DNA from: Eledone cirrhosa
Lineage: Eukaryota
DNA length: 64,000 nt
Direction of reading: 5' to 3'
NCBI GenBank assembly: GCA_964016885.1
Contig: OZ024740.1
Coordinates: forward strand, 211,916,001-211,980,000
Both the position numbers and the translations under genes were made by a program. Under the pieces are notes generated by a model. The model made no database searches and was not told where the DNA came from. It saw nothing but the letters and a program-made list of their open reading frames with translations. How positions within the stretch are numbered: position 1 is the stretch's first letter; every line of letters starts with the position of its first letter. Below, one piece after another: positions 49,035 through 62,878 of this stretch.

Positions 49035-52000
49035 AGAATGCTTTTTTTATTAGCCATACAGGGCTCACATTAAGGAAACATTAAATACGGTACAGGAAGA
49101 TACAGTGTGGGTTTTTGTGTAAAATAAAATTTATAAAAGTGATTAAGAAAATAAACAAAAAAAAAACAAATTCCCCAAAAGTGAGGGGACTCCAAGGATT
49201 ACTCGTGGAGAAAGCCCGCAAAAAGCCACGGTCACCATGGCTGCTAGGGCAAGCGCCCTCTCCCAGTTGTCCTCCCTCAATACTACAGGCACACGCTCCG
49301 AGTAGGCGCATTCACACGGGCCATTCTTGCTTCTCTCACTCCTACCCACCCCTTTCAACAAACTGGCTGGAAAGCTACACTTCCCTTTCCACCCTGATTT
49401 TCCTTTTCAGGTAAAAACTGAAAACGTTAATGAGAGCGTCGCCGAAGAGGAAAGTGTCCTCTTCAACCCTTTCAGACGCGTCCACCATACAACCCCTTTC
49501 ACCATAGCCACCGGGCAGATAAAACTGCTTGCCCTTCCTGGTTAAAGGAGGGCGGTGGGGTAATCTTCATGATGGACTCAGCTAATAGCCTGATCCACAC
49601 TACACGCGACAGCAGATGTCTAACATAAACCCACATGTCAACGATACACGGATACTGGACGAGTGCGTGTTAGACTGTTTCGTCGTCCCATGCGCATCTC
49701 GGACAGGCCCGGCTGACGGCACTTCTATGCCTGTAAAGTTTATCTCGAACTGGCAACGTTCCCCGGTAGCACTGTCAGGTCAGGGATTTCTGCAAGGTAT
49801 CCATTGGCCCTGGACTGAAAGTCCTCTGGAAGGTAATAGCTAGTTGGATTTCGTCGGCACCAAGACTTTCCCAAAGGACGTCGCCGCCGCTCTTGCCCTC
49901 CACTAACATTCTATAGAAAGCCAAGGTGGAGTTTCCACCGATCCCAAAGCCCGATTGGCAAAGGGCAGTGAGCGTTTGGAGACATTCCAATTTCCAAGCG
50001 CTTGCTCTCGGTTTCCGCTTGACCCAGAACTACAGCTCCTTCAAGGAGATGAGTTGAAGAAAAACGTGCCAAGCGAAAGGAAACCTCACATGCTCACCGT
50101 CGAGGAAAATCTGGAGATGACGTAGTCTCCACGTAGCGGGTGTTGACAGCAGATGGAACCGCATCCCTTCCACAAAAACGAAAGAACAAACGATCTAGTG
50201 CAGTCAGACGAGTCTTAGGACAAGGCACGAAGATCAGGCGTACATCACGCGTACATCACGCCCGATTGGTCGAGGGCTGTGAGCGCCTGAAGACATTCCA
50301 GTCTCCAAGCGCTCCCTCTCGGTGTTCGCTTGACCCAGGACTGCAGCTCCGTCAAGGAGACGAGCTGGGGAAAGACGTGTCTAGCAAACGGCGACCACAC
50401 CTGATCACCGTCGAGGAAGAGGTGGAGATGTCGTAGCCTGAGCGCGTGTCTGCGCATCATCAGCCACGGCATGCCCAGCCCTCCGCGTAGCGGGTGTTGA
50501 CAGCAGATGGACCGCCTGACCACCGGAGAGCGTCCCTTCCACAAAAAGCGAAAGAGCAAACGCTCCAGCGCAGTCAGGTGGGGCTTAGGACAAGATACGA
50601 CGGTTAGGCGGTAGTAGATGACGGATACGATGTACGCGTTAGCCAACTCCGCTCGACCTTTCAGGGATAGCTTCCTCTCGGCCCATTTCTGGGTGAGAAA
50701 AGCCACCCTGCTCGTCACCTCGTCCCAGTTTTTGTCCGTCTGGAGGTCCGGACCGAACCAGACTCCTAGCAATTTAACCGGTTCGTCCGTCCAGCGCCCG
50801 ACGACGCTGTTGGACGGCATGGACCTGCCTCTCCAGGTGCCGAGCTGCAGGCTCACTGACTTTTCCTGGTTGATCATTGCTCCTGTCACCGCTTCGTATT
50901 CTCATAGTGTAGTGCCGATCGGCTCGATGTGTTTGGCGTTCGACAACACTACGGTGACATCGTCCGCATATGCTGACACGGATCTTCCGCATCCTAGTTC
51001 GCGCCGGACCCCCCTCAACGTCTCCAGTTTGTGCAGTAATGGCTCGAGAGTCAATACGTACAAGAGGGACGAGAGGGGACATCCTTGGCGGACCGAGCGC
51101 ATGATGTTGAACGGTTCCGAAAGATGACCGTTCACTCTCACCACAGAGCAGATGTCGCTGTGCATGGCAGCGATCCAGCCTCTAAAGACGGGCCCAAAGC
51201 CAGCCGCCCTCAGGACTGCCGCTAGGTAACGATGGTCGACCCTATCGAAAGCTTTCGACTGATCTAAATTGATCAAGGACCCACCCGTGCCAGGTTCCCT
51301 AGCTACCCTCTCTACGATGTATCACATGAGGTGGAGGTTGTCGGGGATGGATCTGTCGGGAATGGCGCACGTCTGCGCCTCTCCCACCAGACCACCAACG
51401 ACAAGCGCCAACCTCTTTGCTAGCACCTTGGCAAAAATCTTGAACTCTGTGTTTAGTAAAGTTATGGACCTGAAATTATCTATGTTATCCCCCTTGTTCG
51501 GATCTTTTCTCAGCAGCGCCACAGCTCCTTGGCTGACAGAGCTGGGAGTTCTCCCGTTCTGTTGCCAGTTGCAGTAGACGTCCGCCAAGAGGCCTCCGAA
51601 CAAGTCTGGCATCTGTATGTAAAGTTCATAGGGCAGACCATCCAAACCAGGCGATTTACCCCTTGTGCGGCCAGTCATTGCCTCCCGTACTTCAGCGGCT
51701 GTTATCTGCTTTTCGCAACACTCCGCCTCAGTGGCCGAGAGCCCCGGCAGTACGTCGAGGTAGACACTAAAGTCCATCCCTCGATCCGGCCCGCCGCTGG
51801 CCCCGAACAGCTGTGCGAAGTGTCGCTGAAAAGCTTCACACACTTGCCCGGGATCGAGTAGCATGCGCCCGTCGTGGTCCACCAAAGACCGGATCGTGGC
51901 TTTGTTGCCACGACGCGCCTCCGCCACTCGGGCCCATTGAACGGCTTTCGTCCCCTCGTCTCTGAGAGCACGCACCCTAGCTCTGACAACGCAGCCTTCG

Positions 52001-55000
52001 TGCTTTGCATTGAAGAATTGGTCAAGGGCCAATTTCGCCGCAAGTATGTCGGTCGCGATGCTTTTGCTAAGCGCCTCGTCTAATATTGTAACTAATTCTC
52101 CCTCTGCTCTATTTTTCTCTATTGCTAAAGCCTTACTAAACCTAATGGACTCTATTCTAATTGCTCTTTTCAGAGCAAACCACCACTTGTTGTTGACGAT
52201 GGCCCCCGTCAACGCCCGCTTAACTAGTTCGCTAATCCGGTCTCTGTAGGCCTTGCGCGCTGGTAAGGACGCGTTTAGCTTCCAGTAGCCGGGTCCTCGT
52301 CTATGAAGCCTATCTAAGTCAAGCACACATATCACGAATTTGTGGTCCGTGTTGCTGACTATCTTGAATTGTGGACAGCCTATGCTAGACCTATCTATTT
52401 CCCTACAAAATAATCTATCTAGATATGATCTGGATGACCCTATACGATTTGTCCAAGTCCACATTGGCACATTCGGGAAATCCAATCGGTACTTGTCAGA
52501 TAGTTTAAAACGCCTGAGAAGGTTGGTGAGGCTTTTGCACCGTCCTCCCCTATCCGCTGATCCCACACAGTCCCAGCGTGCATCTAAGATCCCGTTCCAG
52601 TCGCCCACTTAAACTAAAGAGCGGGACGTTCCAAGAAAGGTCTCCAGACGCTGGAAGAAATCAGGCCGCCCTGCTCCTGTCGGGGGATAGACGGCCACTA
52701 GCCTGAAAGCTTGCCCATCTCCGCTGGTCATGTCTAGCACCACCAGCTTACCTTCTGGGTCCAGGAAGATGGCCCGTATGACGAGATCCAAACCTCTCCG
52801 AAAAAGCACAGCAACTCCTCTCCTCGATCCCGGACGGCTGGGAGATGCGAACACATCGTAGCCGCCGAAGATCGGTGCGAAGGCCCGTGCTTCGGAGATT
52901 CTGGTCTCGCTGATGGCCACTACATCTATGTTTAGTAACCTGAGGTCGTTGAGCAGGTGGCCCTGCTTCCATGACAACCCCAAACCACGCGCATTTATGC
53001 TGCCTATTCTGAGTGAGGTCATGTTGAAATAGAGAGGAAAAGATGGGTAAGACCACTTACCTTACTTCTCGTTGAGGAAGGATGGTTTCTCCATCCTTTT
53101 CACTGCTTGTGACCTCCTCCGGAAGGATGTCCTTATAAATCCTCCTGGAGAGTGTTTGTCGGCAGTCTCCGATGTCTTTGGGGAATTTTTGTTTTAGTGT
53201 CGTGCACGTATTCTGTGTGATGCGAGTGATTTGTATGTGTGGAGGTGGTGTGAACTTTTGGGTTGTTGTGTAGTCTTTTTCTGTGATGCTGGTGTTGTGT
53301 TGGATGTAGTGTAATAATTGGTTGTTCAAATTTAATGCTGTGTAGTGTGTATCGTTTTGGTTGTTTTGTTTTGTTTGCGTTTGTTGTGGGTTTGTTTCTG
53401 TTTCGCTATTTGGTGACTTTTGTGGTGTTGGTGATGGTGGTGTTGGGGTTAATGATGATGATGGTGTTGGTGTTTGTTGTGATGGGGTTGGTGATGCTGG
53501 TGTGGATGGTGGCATATCTGTACTAACTTTTTTGATTGATAGTTTATTTGTTTCCCTCTGTATTTTGTTTTTGGACGGGGAGGGAAGAGAATTTTTTCTT
53601 TTTTGGTTTCTTTTTTTCTTTTTTCCTGATACCGTTACCCACTCCTCGTCGTCACAATCTGTCTCCAGTTGTGATAGACCGGGGAGTGGAAAATCCTCCA
53701 CAGGCGTTAGTTTTGGTTGTGGCGTGGTGGATGGTGTAGGCGGTGGTGCTAGTTCTGGCGCGTTGGGTGGTGGTGGTGTTGGTTCCTGAGGTTGTTGCTG
53801 TTACAGTTTCTTCTCTTGTTGGTGCTACAGTGGTTGTTGCCATCTCTGCTGCTGGTGGTGTTGATGGTTGAGTTACTGGGGTGGGTAAGAGAGGTGGCCT
53901 CAACCTTTTAGCCTGAGGGCAGAAAGCCCTTAGGTGGGTTCCTTCACCACAAACGACACACCTAGGCCTTCTTCCCTCGACGATTAAGGTGAGGTGGCTG
54001 CCGTCAGTGAGGTCTATTACCTCTGGGATATCCTCAATGCTTTTTTGGTCTGCTTGGATAAGGAGCTCCATCCCTGATCCGGACCAGTTCTCCTGCTTTT
54101 CTTTCGCTATTTCGATTATCTTGGTGTTGGCTTCGATGCCGGCGAGGACGGCAGCTATTAGCCAGGGAATTTCGATGGCCGGTGGAACGTGGGTAACCCT
54201 GATCTTTACGAGTCTCTGGCCACAATAGCTTGGGACGAGTGTGAAGTCGTCACTTCTTAATGGGGCCATGGAGTGTTCTCTAGTCTCCTGTGGTGTTTCA
54301 AAGAATACGTCCACGGTTCCATATTTTTACCCACGTCTGATGTGAGTTTTTTTTGCCCGCACATGTCCCAAAGCTATTTCGATTTGGGACTCGGATGCCC
54401 GTTCCACTCGGCGCGATTTTATATTAATTGTTCGATAAGACACGGTGCATAGGCGCCGATGCTCCATTTTATTATGTGGGGGGGGGGGGGGGGGCTAACC
54501 CTGTACCTATCTTTCTTTACCATTTGTTTGGCTTCTTCTAATTCCTCCTGAGTTACCTGAAATGCTTCGCACTGTTTTGCTACTCTGGCAAAACTCAGAG
54601 TAGTCATTGTTGCTGTTGTTGCTATCGTTATTTTTGTTATTATTAATTTTAGTTTCAGTTGTGGTGGTGGTGGCGTCAGTGGTGTTCGGTGTGGAAGAGT
54701 TCATTTTGGTTGAATTCATTTCGATATCACGAGTTAATTTATTTTTTTCTTTTGTTTCTGTTGTCGCGGTGGTGGTGGGGGTGGTGGTTGTCGCGGTGGT
54801 GGTGGTGGCGGCTTTAACACTTGCAGTCATTGGTAATGGCGGGAAATGAATGTCTGCCTGAGACAAATTTAAAATATTGCTACTGCTTATATTTTTAGTG
54901 TTGGCAAACGTAGTAATATTTACAATGGTGGTGTCGGTGTGAGGTGTTAGTTTGTGAGGAAGGAATGAATCTGAGTCATCCATGATTTTTCAAAGAAAAA

Positions 55001-55197
55001 TTTTTGTTTGATAATTATAAAAGTTTAAATTTTGGCCTTAAGGCCCTAATCTTTTTGGGTGTCCTTTTCAGATAACAATGTATGTGCACTTATATACAGT
55101 TAACAATAAAAATTTTCCATGAATGGCAATTTTAAACAACTGAAAATAACAAACCTTTGCGGAGCTCACGATGATACGATTTGCTACGTAGGTCGCC
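49035..55197 (-). mobile_element. Tx1/L1-clade element G (composite: G1 55197-50260, more decayed G2 50238-49035)
   Basis: ORF1 54983-53057 (CVVCGEGTHLRAFC), ORF2 from 53022 with APE and YADD RT; AATAAA then (TTA)n; (TTA)n also at 5' end. Confidence 0.92.
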
Positions 55198-55227
<30 letters not shown>

Positions 55228-55229
<2 letters not shown>

Positions 55230-56031
55230 AATCGGAGACTGAAGGACTGATTATATCAGCACAAGATCAGTGTCTGCCAACAAAAAATTACCAAGCCAAC
55301 ATAATAAAAAATGGATGCAACCCATTATGCCGTGTATGTAAAAAACAACCAGAGACCATTGATCATATAATTTCAATGTGCAGTCCTATAGCTCCAACCG
55401 AATACCTAAACAGGCATGACAGAGCTGCACAATACATACATTGGATAATGTGTAAGCATTTTGACCTGTCCCATCAAAAGAATTGGTGGGAGCATCAACC
55501 ACCTCCCATACTTGAAAAAGATCACATCTCAATCTTGTGGAACTTTAGCATCCAAACCGAAAAATAGATGCAAATAGACCTGATATAATACTGAAGGACT
55601 TTAAAAAGGGTGTATGCCTGCTAATTGATATGTCCGTTCCAATAGACAAGAATGTATCTATAAAAATATTTGAAAAATTGAGCAAGTATAAGGACCTGGA
55701 GATAGAAATTGGAAAAATGTGGAAATTGAGAACTAAAACAATACCAGTGGTTGTAGGCGCTCTAGGAATGATACCTAAGAGGTCTAATGATTACTTATCG
55801 GAAATCCCAGGAAACCCGCGTATAGGAGAAATACAAAAGATAGTACTAATGGGAACTGCCTATATACTAAGGAAGATTCTGTCAATATAAGTACATCACA
55901 AGTCTAAACACCTAAAGATGCATGTGTGAGTATGTTCTTTCTTGAAAATGGAGGACCTTGTTGTCTCTTGAGGTCACTGGTTGTGACTTGGCGATAACTC
56001 GTATGAACATAAAGCAAGATAAATGCAGCTG
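55228..56031 (+). mobile_element. 5'-truncated R4/Dong-like non-LTR element (Cys finger + RLE)
   Basis: ETEGLIISAQDQ, CRVC..ETIDHIISMC, RHD, NRPDII, LIDMSVP, EKLSKYKDL; (AAT)n on both sides. Confidence 0.85.
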
Positions 56032-56050
56032 TAATAATAATAATAATAAT

Positions 56051-59000
56051 GATTTCATTTATTGACACAAGGGCCGACATATAGGGGACAATACAAAAGA
56101 CTGGGACAGTGGGGTTTTACAGAAAAATCGAGTAAATAATATGAATAACAACAAAGTAACAATAACAAAGTAACAATAAAGTAACAATAAAATTACAAAA
56201 AGAAAAAATTCCCCAATAGGGGGGATGACCACTTAGAGTTCCCTCAGGTACCCCACCAATCCTGAACGACCCGACGCTTCGAGAGCACCCTAGAAGGGCA
56301 CCCCTCACCTCTTCAAATTTACCTACCTACAGCCGCATGACCAGAGTAGGCCCACTCACACGGGCCATTCTCGCCACATTCACCCACCTTTCAGCAAATG
56401 TACTGGGGGGCAGCGCTTCTTTCTCCACCCTCACCTTCCTTTCCAAGTGAAACTTGAAAAAGTTGATAAGGGATTGGCCGAAGAGAAAAGTGTCTGTCTT
56501 CAGTCCTTTCAACCTCGTCCACCATACAACCTCTTTCGCTACTGCCACCAGACAGAGAAAAATTGCCTGCCCTTCGTGGCCAAAAGAAGGCGGCGGGTCG
56601 ATCTTCACTATGGACTCGGCCGATAGCCGGATCCGTTCTACACGCGACAAGAGCTGTTCAACATAACTCCACAAGTCAGTAATGCACGGACACTGGACGA
56701 GTGCGTGCAGAACGGTTTCGTCGCTCTGCGCGCATCTCGGGCAGGTCCGTCTGACAGCACTTCCGTGCCTGTAGAGTTTATCTCGAACCGGCAGTGCCCC
56801 CCGGTAGCACTGCCAAGCGAGGGATTTTTGGAAATTATCCATCGTCCTCGGCTCGAAATTCCTCCGGTACAGACTGGTTAGTTCGACTTCGTTGACTCCC
56901 AGAGCCTCTCCGAGTTCGTCGTCGCACTTGCCCACCACTAATCCTCTATAGAACTCGAGAATGGAAGTTCCACTGACCGCATTGCCCGCCTGGTAGAGAG
57001 CAGTGAGTGCCTGGCAACATTCCAGATGCCAGTCACCCAGTCTCGGTCTCTTCTTGACCCAGGACTGCAACTCAGTCAAAGAAACGAGCTGCGGAAAGGC
57101 CCGTCTGACAAACGGCGACCACACCATTTCACCGTTTAGGCAGAATATCTGGAGATGCTGCAGCCTCAGCGCATGCCTGCGCATCATTAGCCACGGCATG
57201 CCCAGCCCTCCACGTAGAGGGTGCTGGCAGCAGATGGACCGCCTCACCAGCGGAACCTGACCCCTCCACAAGAATTTGAAGAGGAGCCGCTCCAAGATGG
57301 CGAGGCGCGAACGGGGGCAAGGGACGACAGTCAGACGGTAGTAGATGACGGACGCGGTGTACGCGTTCGCCACCTCCGCCCGACCTTTCAGTGATAGCTT
57401 CATCCCAGCCCATTTCTGGGTGAGACTGACTACCCTGCCCGTCACGTCGTCCCAATTCTTATCCCCCTGGAGGTCTGGCCCGAACCAAAGCCGTGGCAAC
57501 TTTACCGGTCCGTCCGTTCAGCGCCTAACGACGTTGTTGGACGGCATGGACTTGCCTCTCCAGGTACCGAGTTGCAAGCCCACTGACTTTTCCGGGTTAA
57601 CTTTTGCTCCCGTCAACCTTTCATATTCCTCCAATAAGTTGCCAACCACCTCGATTTCTGAGGCGTCCGACACCATCACGGTGATGTCGTCCGCATAAGC
57701 CGACACAGCCTCTCCGCGTCCCGGTTCGAGCGGGATGCCCTGCAACAGCTCCAGCTTCCGCAGTAAAGGCTCGAGAGTCAATACGTACAGAAGGGATGAG
57801 AGAGGGCACCCTTGACAGACCGATCGGGAGACCTGAAACGGTTCCGAGAGGTGGCCATTAATTTTGTACATCGAGCAGGTGCCGCTGTGCATTGCAGCGA
57901 TCCAGCTTCTGAGGACGGGGCCGAAGCCAGCCGCCTTGAGGACAGCCTCCAGGTACCGATGGTCGACCCTATCGAATGCTTTTGATTGATTTAAATTGAT
58001 CAGAGCCCCACCAAAGCCAGGTTTATACCCTACCCTCTCTATGATGTATCGCATTAGGTGGAGGTTGTCGTGTATGGAGCTGGTTGGGATTGCGCAAGTT
58101 TGCACCTCCCCAACCAAATCCCCGACGACAACCGCCAACCTCTTCGTTAACACCCTGGCCAAAATCTTAAACTCTGTGTTGAGCAGAGTTATGGGCCTGA
58201 AATTGTCTAATGTGTACCTCTTGTTCTCGTCTTTCCTTATCAGCGTCACTAGGCCCCGGCTCACAGAACTGGGAATACTCCCGTTTTGCTGCCAGTTGCA
58301 GTAGAGGGCTTCGAGGGGATTGGAGAACAAGTCTGGCATATTTACGTAAAGCTCGTAGGGCAGACCATCCAAACCGGGTGACTTGCGCCTCATGCAGCCG
58401 ACAATGGTATCCTGAATCTCGGCTGAAGTAATTGGCCTTTCGCAGCGCCCAGCGCCAGCCGTCGAGAGTTGCGGCAAGCCATCGAGGTAGGGACTGAAGT
58501 CCGCCACCATCTCTGACCCGCCACTTCCCCCGAACAACCCAGCAAAATGTTGGCGAAAGGCCTCACACATCCGCTTGGAATTGTTCAGCTCGTGTCCGTC
58601 TCGGTCCGTCAAAGACCGAATCGTGGTTTTCTTACCACGCTGTGCCTCTGCCACGCGGGCCCATCGAACAGCTTTGGTTCCCTCGTTTCTCAGAGCACGC
58701 GCCTTAGCTCTGACAATGCAACCTTCGTGTTTCGCATTGAAGAAATGGTCTAATGCCTTTCTCGCCGCTAGCACATCAGTTGCAATGCCACGACCAATAG
58801 CCTCGTCTAACTTATCTACCAACTCCCCCTCCTTTCTATTTTTCTCTAATGCTACTTCTTTGCTAAACTCTATCGACATTACTCTAATCTCTCTTTTGAG
58901 AGCCCCCCACCATCTATTGTTGACGATTCCCCCTGTCAACTTTTTCTTAACTAAATTGTTGACCTGGTCCCTGTAAGCCTTACGTGCCGGAAATGACATG

Positions 59001-61962
59001 TTTAGCTTCCAGTAACCAGGTCCTAACCTACGCGTCTTATCTAGGTCGACCATACAGATCACAAACTTGTGATCTGAATAGGCAACCGTTTCAAAACGTG
59101 GACAGCTTACACTATTTCTGTCTATTTTCCTAATGAATATCCTGTCTATATACGATCTAGATGACCCTATGCGGTTAGCTCAGGTCCACACTGGCGCATT
59201 GGGGAAATCTACTCGGTACCTGTCAGACAGTTGGAACTGGCTGATCAGGTTCTTGAGGCTTTTGCACCCCCCGCTCCTATCGGATACTCCAACACAGCCC
59301 CAGCGTGCGTCTAAGATGCCGTTCCAGTCCCCCGCTAACAGTAAAGGGCGAGACGTACCCAGAAAGGCTTCCAGGCGTCTAAAGAAGTCCGGCCATCCTT
59401 CCCCAGTAGGGGCATACACGGCCACCAGTCTAAAGGCACCACCTTCATTATTGTTCAAGTCCAGGACCACCAACTTCCCGTCCGTGTCCCGGAAGATCGA
59501 CCTTACCTCGAGATCCAGGCCTTTTCTAAACAGCACTTCCACCCCGCCTCCCATTCCCGGCCGGCTAACAGATGCAAAGATCTGATAGTCGTCGAAAATG
59601 GGGGCTAGTGCGCGCGTGTCGGAAATCCTGGTCTCGCTGACGGCAATTACATCCATTTCTAGAGACCTGAGGTCGTTGAGCAGGTGACCCTGCTTCCAGG
59701 ACGATCCCAGGTCTCGGACATTTAAACATCTTACTCTTAATACGGCCATGTTGGCAGGTTAAACAGAGAGAGAGGAAGGTTTACTTACCTTCCGGGCTCT
59801 TGTGAAGGTCGGGTTGTTCGTCCTCCATAGTTAGTGGGGTTTCTTTTGGGAACCCCTTTAAAAGTCTTGAAGTGAGTTTTACGTTCGGGGTTCCCGTGTC
59901 CCGAGGAAAGCTGTCTCGTATTTCTTTGAATATGTCGAGCGACATTCGCACCAGAACCAAATCTTCCGGCACGCGAAATGTGCTCGATTTAAACATTTCC
60001 CCCTCTTTTTGTATATTTTCACTTCGTGCTACGAGGGCCATCAGTTCCTTGTTGGCCCTCCTGACGAGCACGAAGTTTTGTATGTTTTGTTGGTGTGATT
60101 TTATTTGTTTGCGTGGCTGTGATGGTGATGGTTTTGTTGGTGTTGTTTCGGTTGTATCTGTGTTTGTTGTGAGTGCGGTGTCTGTGGTTTCAGATGTTTG
60201 TATGTATATTTGTTCTTGCGTCTGTTTCGGTTGTTTGTGTTTGGGGGATTCTGGTGATGGTGATGGTGATGGTGGTGTTGATGTTGGTTTTATGGGAGAG
60301 ATGTTTGCGTGGGTGGTGTCTGCGTTTTTTTGTGGGTGCTTTTGTGGTTTGTTGAGTTTTCTTTTTTTTTTTGTGTTTCCTTTTTTGTATTTTGGGGGAT
60401 TTTGGATTTCCCTCATTTTCACTACTGGTAGATGAGGGGTATGTGTCTGTAAGTGTGTCTGTATGTATGTTTATGGTTTTATTGGTGTGTGTATTATTTT
60501 GGAGAGGGGGAATTTGACAGCTTTCCTCGTTTCCCCCCTGGGTGGTCAATGTTGGTGGTTGTCTTTCTATTGGTGTTGTTGTTGGTGGTTTTGCCGGTGC
60601 TGGTGTTGGTTGTGGTCCTCGCCCCGGCGTCGGCAGCAGTGGAGCCTTTCGACCCCTTGCCTCTTTCAGCAGTTGAGGGCAGAAGGCTCGCAAATGGGAT
60701 TTTTCCCCACAAACAAAACACTGCGGCCTTTTGCCTTCGGTCATGATGTGAATGACCGTCCCATTCTGAAGGCGGATGTGGTCCGGGATTGTCTTCACAT
60801 TTTCGGGCCTGATCTGGAGAAGGATCTCCAGGTCAACCCAGGACCAGTCCTCTCTGGCCGTTCTGGTCACTTCTATAGGGACTGTATCCGTCCCCTCCAC
60901 AATCACACATCCCAGAAGCCACCACATGTCAAGTCCTGGTGGGATTCTGGGAATGCGGATACGGGCCGTTCTTTTTCCCATGTGGGAGGGGTACATTATG
61001 ACGTTGCTGGTTTTGCAAGGAGTCATAGAGTGTTTCATAGTGAGGGCTTCTGACTTGAACAACACCGAAATGGTGCCGTACTGTCTGCCCCTCTCTATGT
61101 CCTGGGTGTCTTCTCTGATGCACCTCAGCGCGACTTCAACATCTTCTTGTGGGATTAAAGCTGCCCTTTTGGTTTGTGCTGAGATGCATCTATAATGCAC
61201 TCCACTGCCTCAATAGCTTCTACCGGGACAGTTAAGTTGGCCCAAGTTTGCTCTTGCTTGAAGAGCTTCCATGCCTGGGCCAACTTTTCATCTTTGTTTG
61301 AGAGGTCCATGCTGAAGCATGGCCTCTTTTTTGCTGCTGCCGGCAGCGAAAGTGTTCTTCATGTTTTCGTTGTGGGTTTTGTTGTCGTTGTTCTTGTTGG
61401 TGTTGTTGTTAGCACTCTCGCTGTTATCATTGTTGTCTTTGTTGCCACCGTTGTTCTCGGTGCAGTTGGTATTGTTGCTGTTGGTGTTGTCGCTATTTGT
61501 TTTCATGTTAGTGGTGTTGATATTGTTGTTGTATTTGTTATTTTTCTTTTTTGTTATCTGTATTTTCGTTGTCGCTGTTACTGTCATTTTTTTCAAAATT
61601 AGTGTTCTTATTGGTATCATTGGTGTCTTTGTTTACCTTGTTTGTGGTGGTGCTTGTGTTATCCATGTGTGTTAATTTCGCTGTAGCGCTCCTCTAAACT
61701 TCTACGTCGTTGTCGCACGACAGTCGACATATCGCTAGGGGGCGTGGCTCAGCCATGTTTTTTCTTCTTCGTAAATTTTTTAACATGTATAAAAAAGTTC
61801 AAATATCTGGGCGAAAAGGCCCAAATATTATACTTTCCCCTTCACGGGGCAAAGTCTAAGGGCTTTTATCCCTTACACAACAAGAAATATTTAACAACAA
61901 ATAATTTTAACAGGCAAATAAAGCGACTTACTGTGAGCGAGCAAAATACGTCCGCTTAGACC
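56051..61962 (-). mobile_element. Tx1/L1-clade element H (full length, decayed)
   Basis: ORF1 ~61756-59781 (CFVCGEKSHLRAFC), ORF2 59749-56327; flanked by (AAT)n at 56032-56050 and 61963-61997. Confidence 0.93.
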
Positions 61963-61996
<34 letters not shown>

Positions 61997-61997
<1 letters not shown>

Positions 61998-62251
61998 GGA
62001 TGATTTGTTATGTCTTCATTATGTTTATCGAGCAGTGACACGCGTTTCGCTATTAATCAGCTCAAGGTCGATCTGTATCGATCTAACCCGCCTCTGGAGT
62101 CAAAATCTCGTTGGACCACAGCAGAGGTCTGGCGAGCTTCTTGCTCCACAAGAGTCGGGTTAGATCGATACAGATCGAACCTTGGGCTAATTAATAGCGA
62201 AACGCATGTCACTGCTCGATAAACACAATGAAGACATAACAAATCCTCCTT
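61997..62251. repeat. Fold-back: ~100-bp inverted arms flanked by (AAT)n left and (TTA)n right
   Basis: 61997-62099 is the reverse complement of 62144-62251 with few differences. Confidence 0.9.
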
Positions 62252-62274
62252 ATTATTATTATTATTATTATTGT

Positions 62275-62878
62275 TATTTCCTTTATTATTTTTATTGCGC
62301 TTCATTACTGCTTTTCCGAGCAAACTTCTGTGCGCCTTGGGTATGTGCAGTGTAGTTTTTGCTGATGTTGTTTCTATTGTATTGATAGTACTTTACGAAA
62401 TATGTGTGGAGTGCCTAGTAGCGCTATCTTTTGTATGCTGTATATATTTGTAAGTCCTGGAGTTTTGGCTATGTATTTGTCTGTGTGTTTTTAATCATTC
62501 CTAGAGCACCTATTATTATAGGTATTGTATCTGTTTTCATTTTCCACTTTCGAGTTATTTCTATCGCTAGATCTTTATATTTGGAGAGTTTCTCTATTTT
62601 CTTGGAAGATATATTGTCGTCTGTGGGGATAGATACATCTATTAAAAGGCATTTTTTTTCTTTGTGGTCTTTGACTATAATACCTGGTCGGTTGGTCTTG
62701 ACCTCTCTGTCTGTATGTATTGGCATATCTCAGAGAATGGTTGCTTTGTCATTCTCTGACACTTTTTCTGGTATGTGTTTGTACCATCTTTTTTATGTTG
62801 GTATTTCATAATGCTGGCATAATTTCCAGTGTATGAAGGTTCCAACTCTATCATGCCTGCGGATATATCTTTTGTTTA
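62275..62878 (-). mobile_element. Second 5'-truncated R4/Dong-like fragment
   Basis: RRHDRVG..IHWKLC; NRPGII..CLLIDVSIP..EKLSKYKDL..IIIGALG; (TAA)n at its 3' end. Confidence 0.83.
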
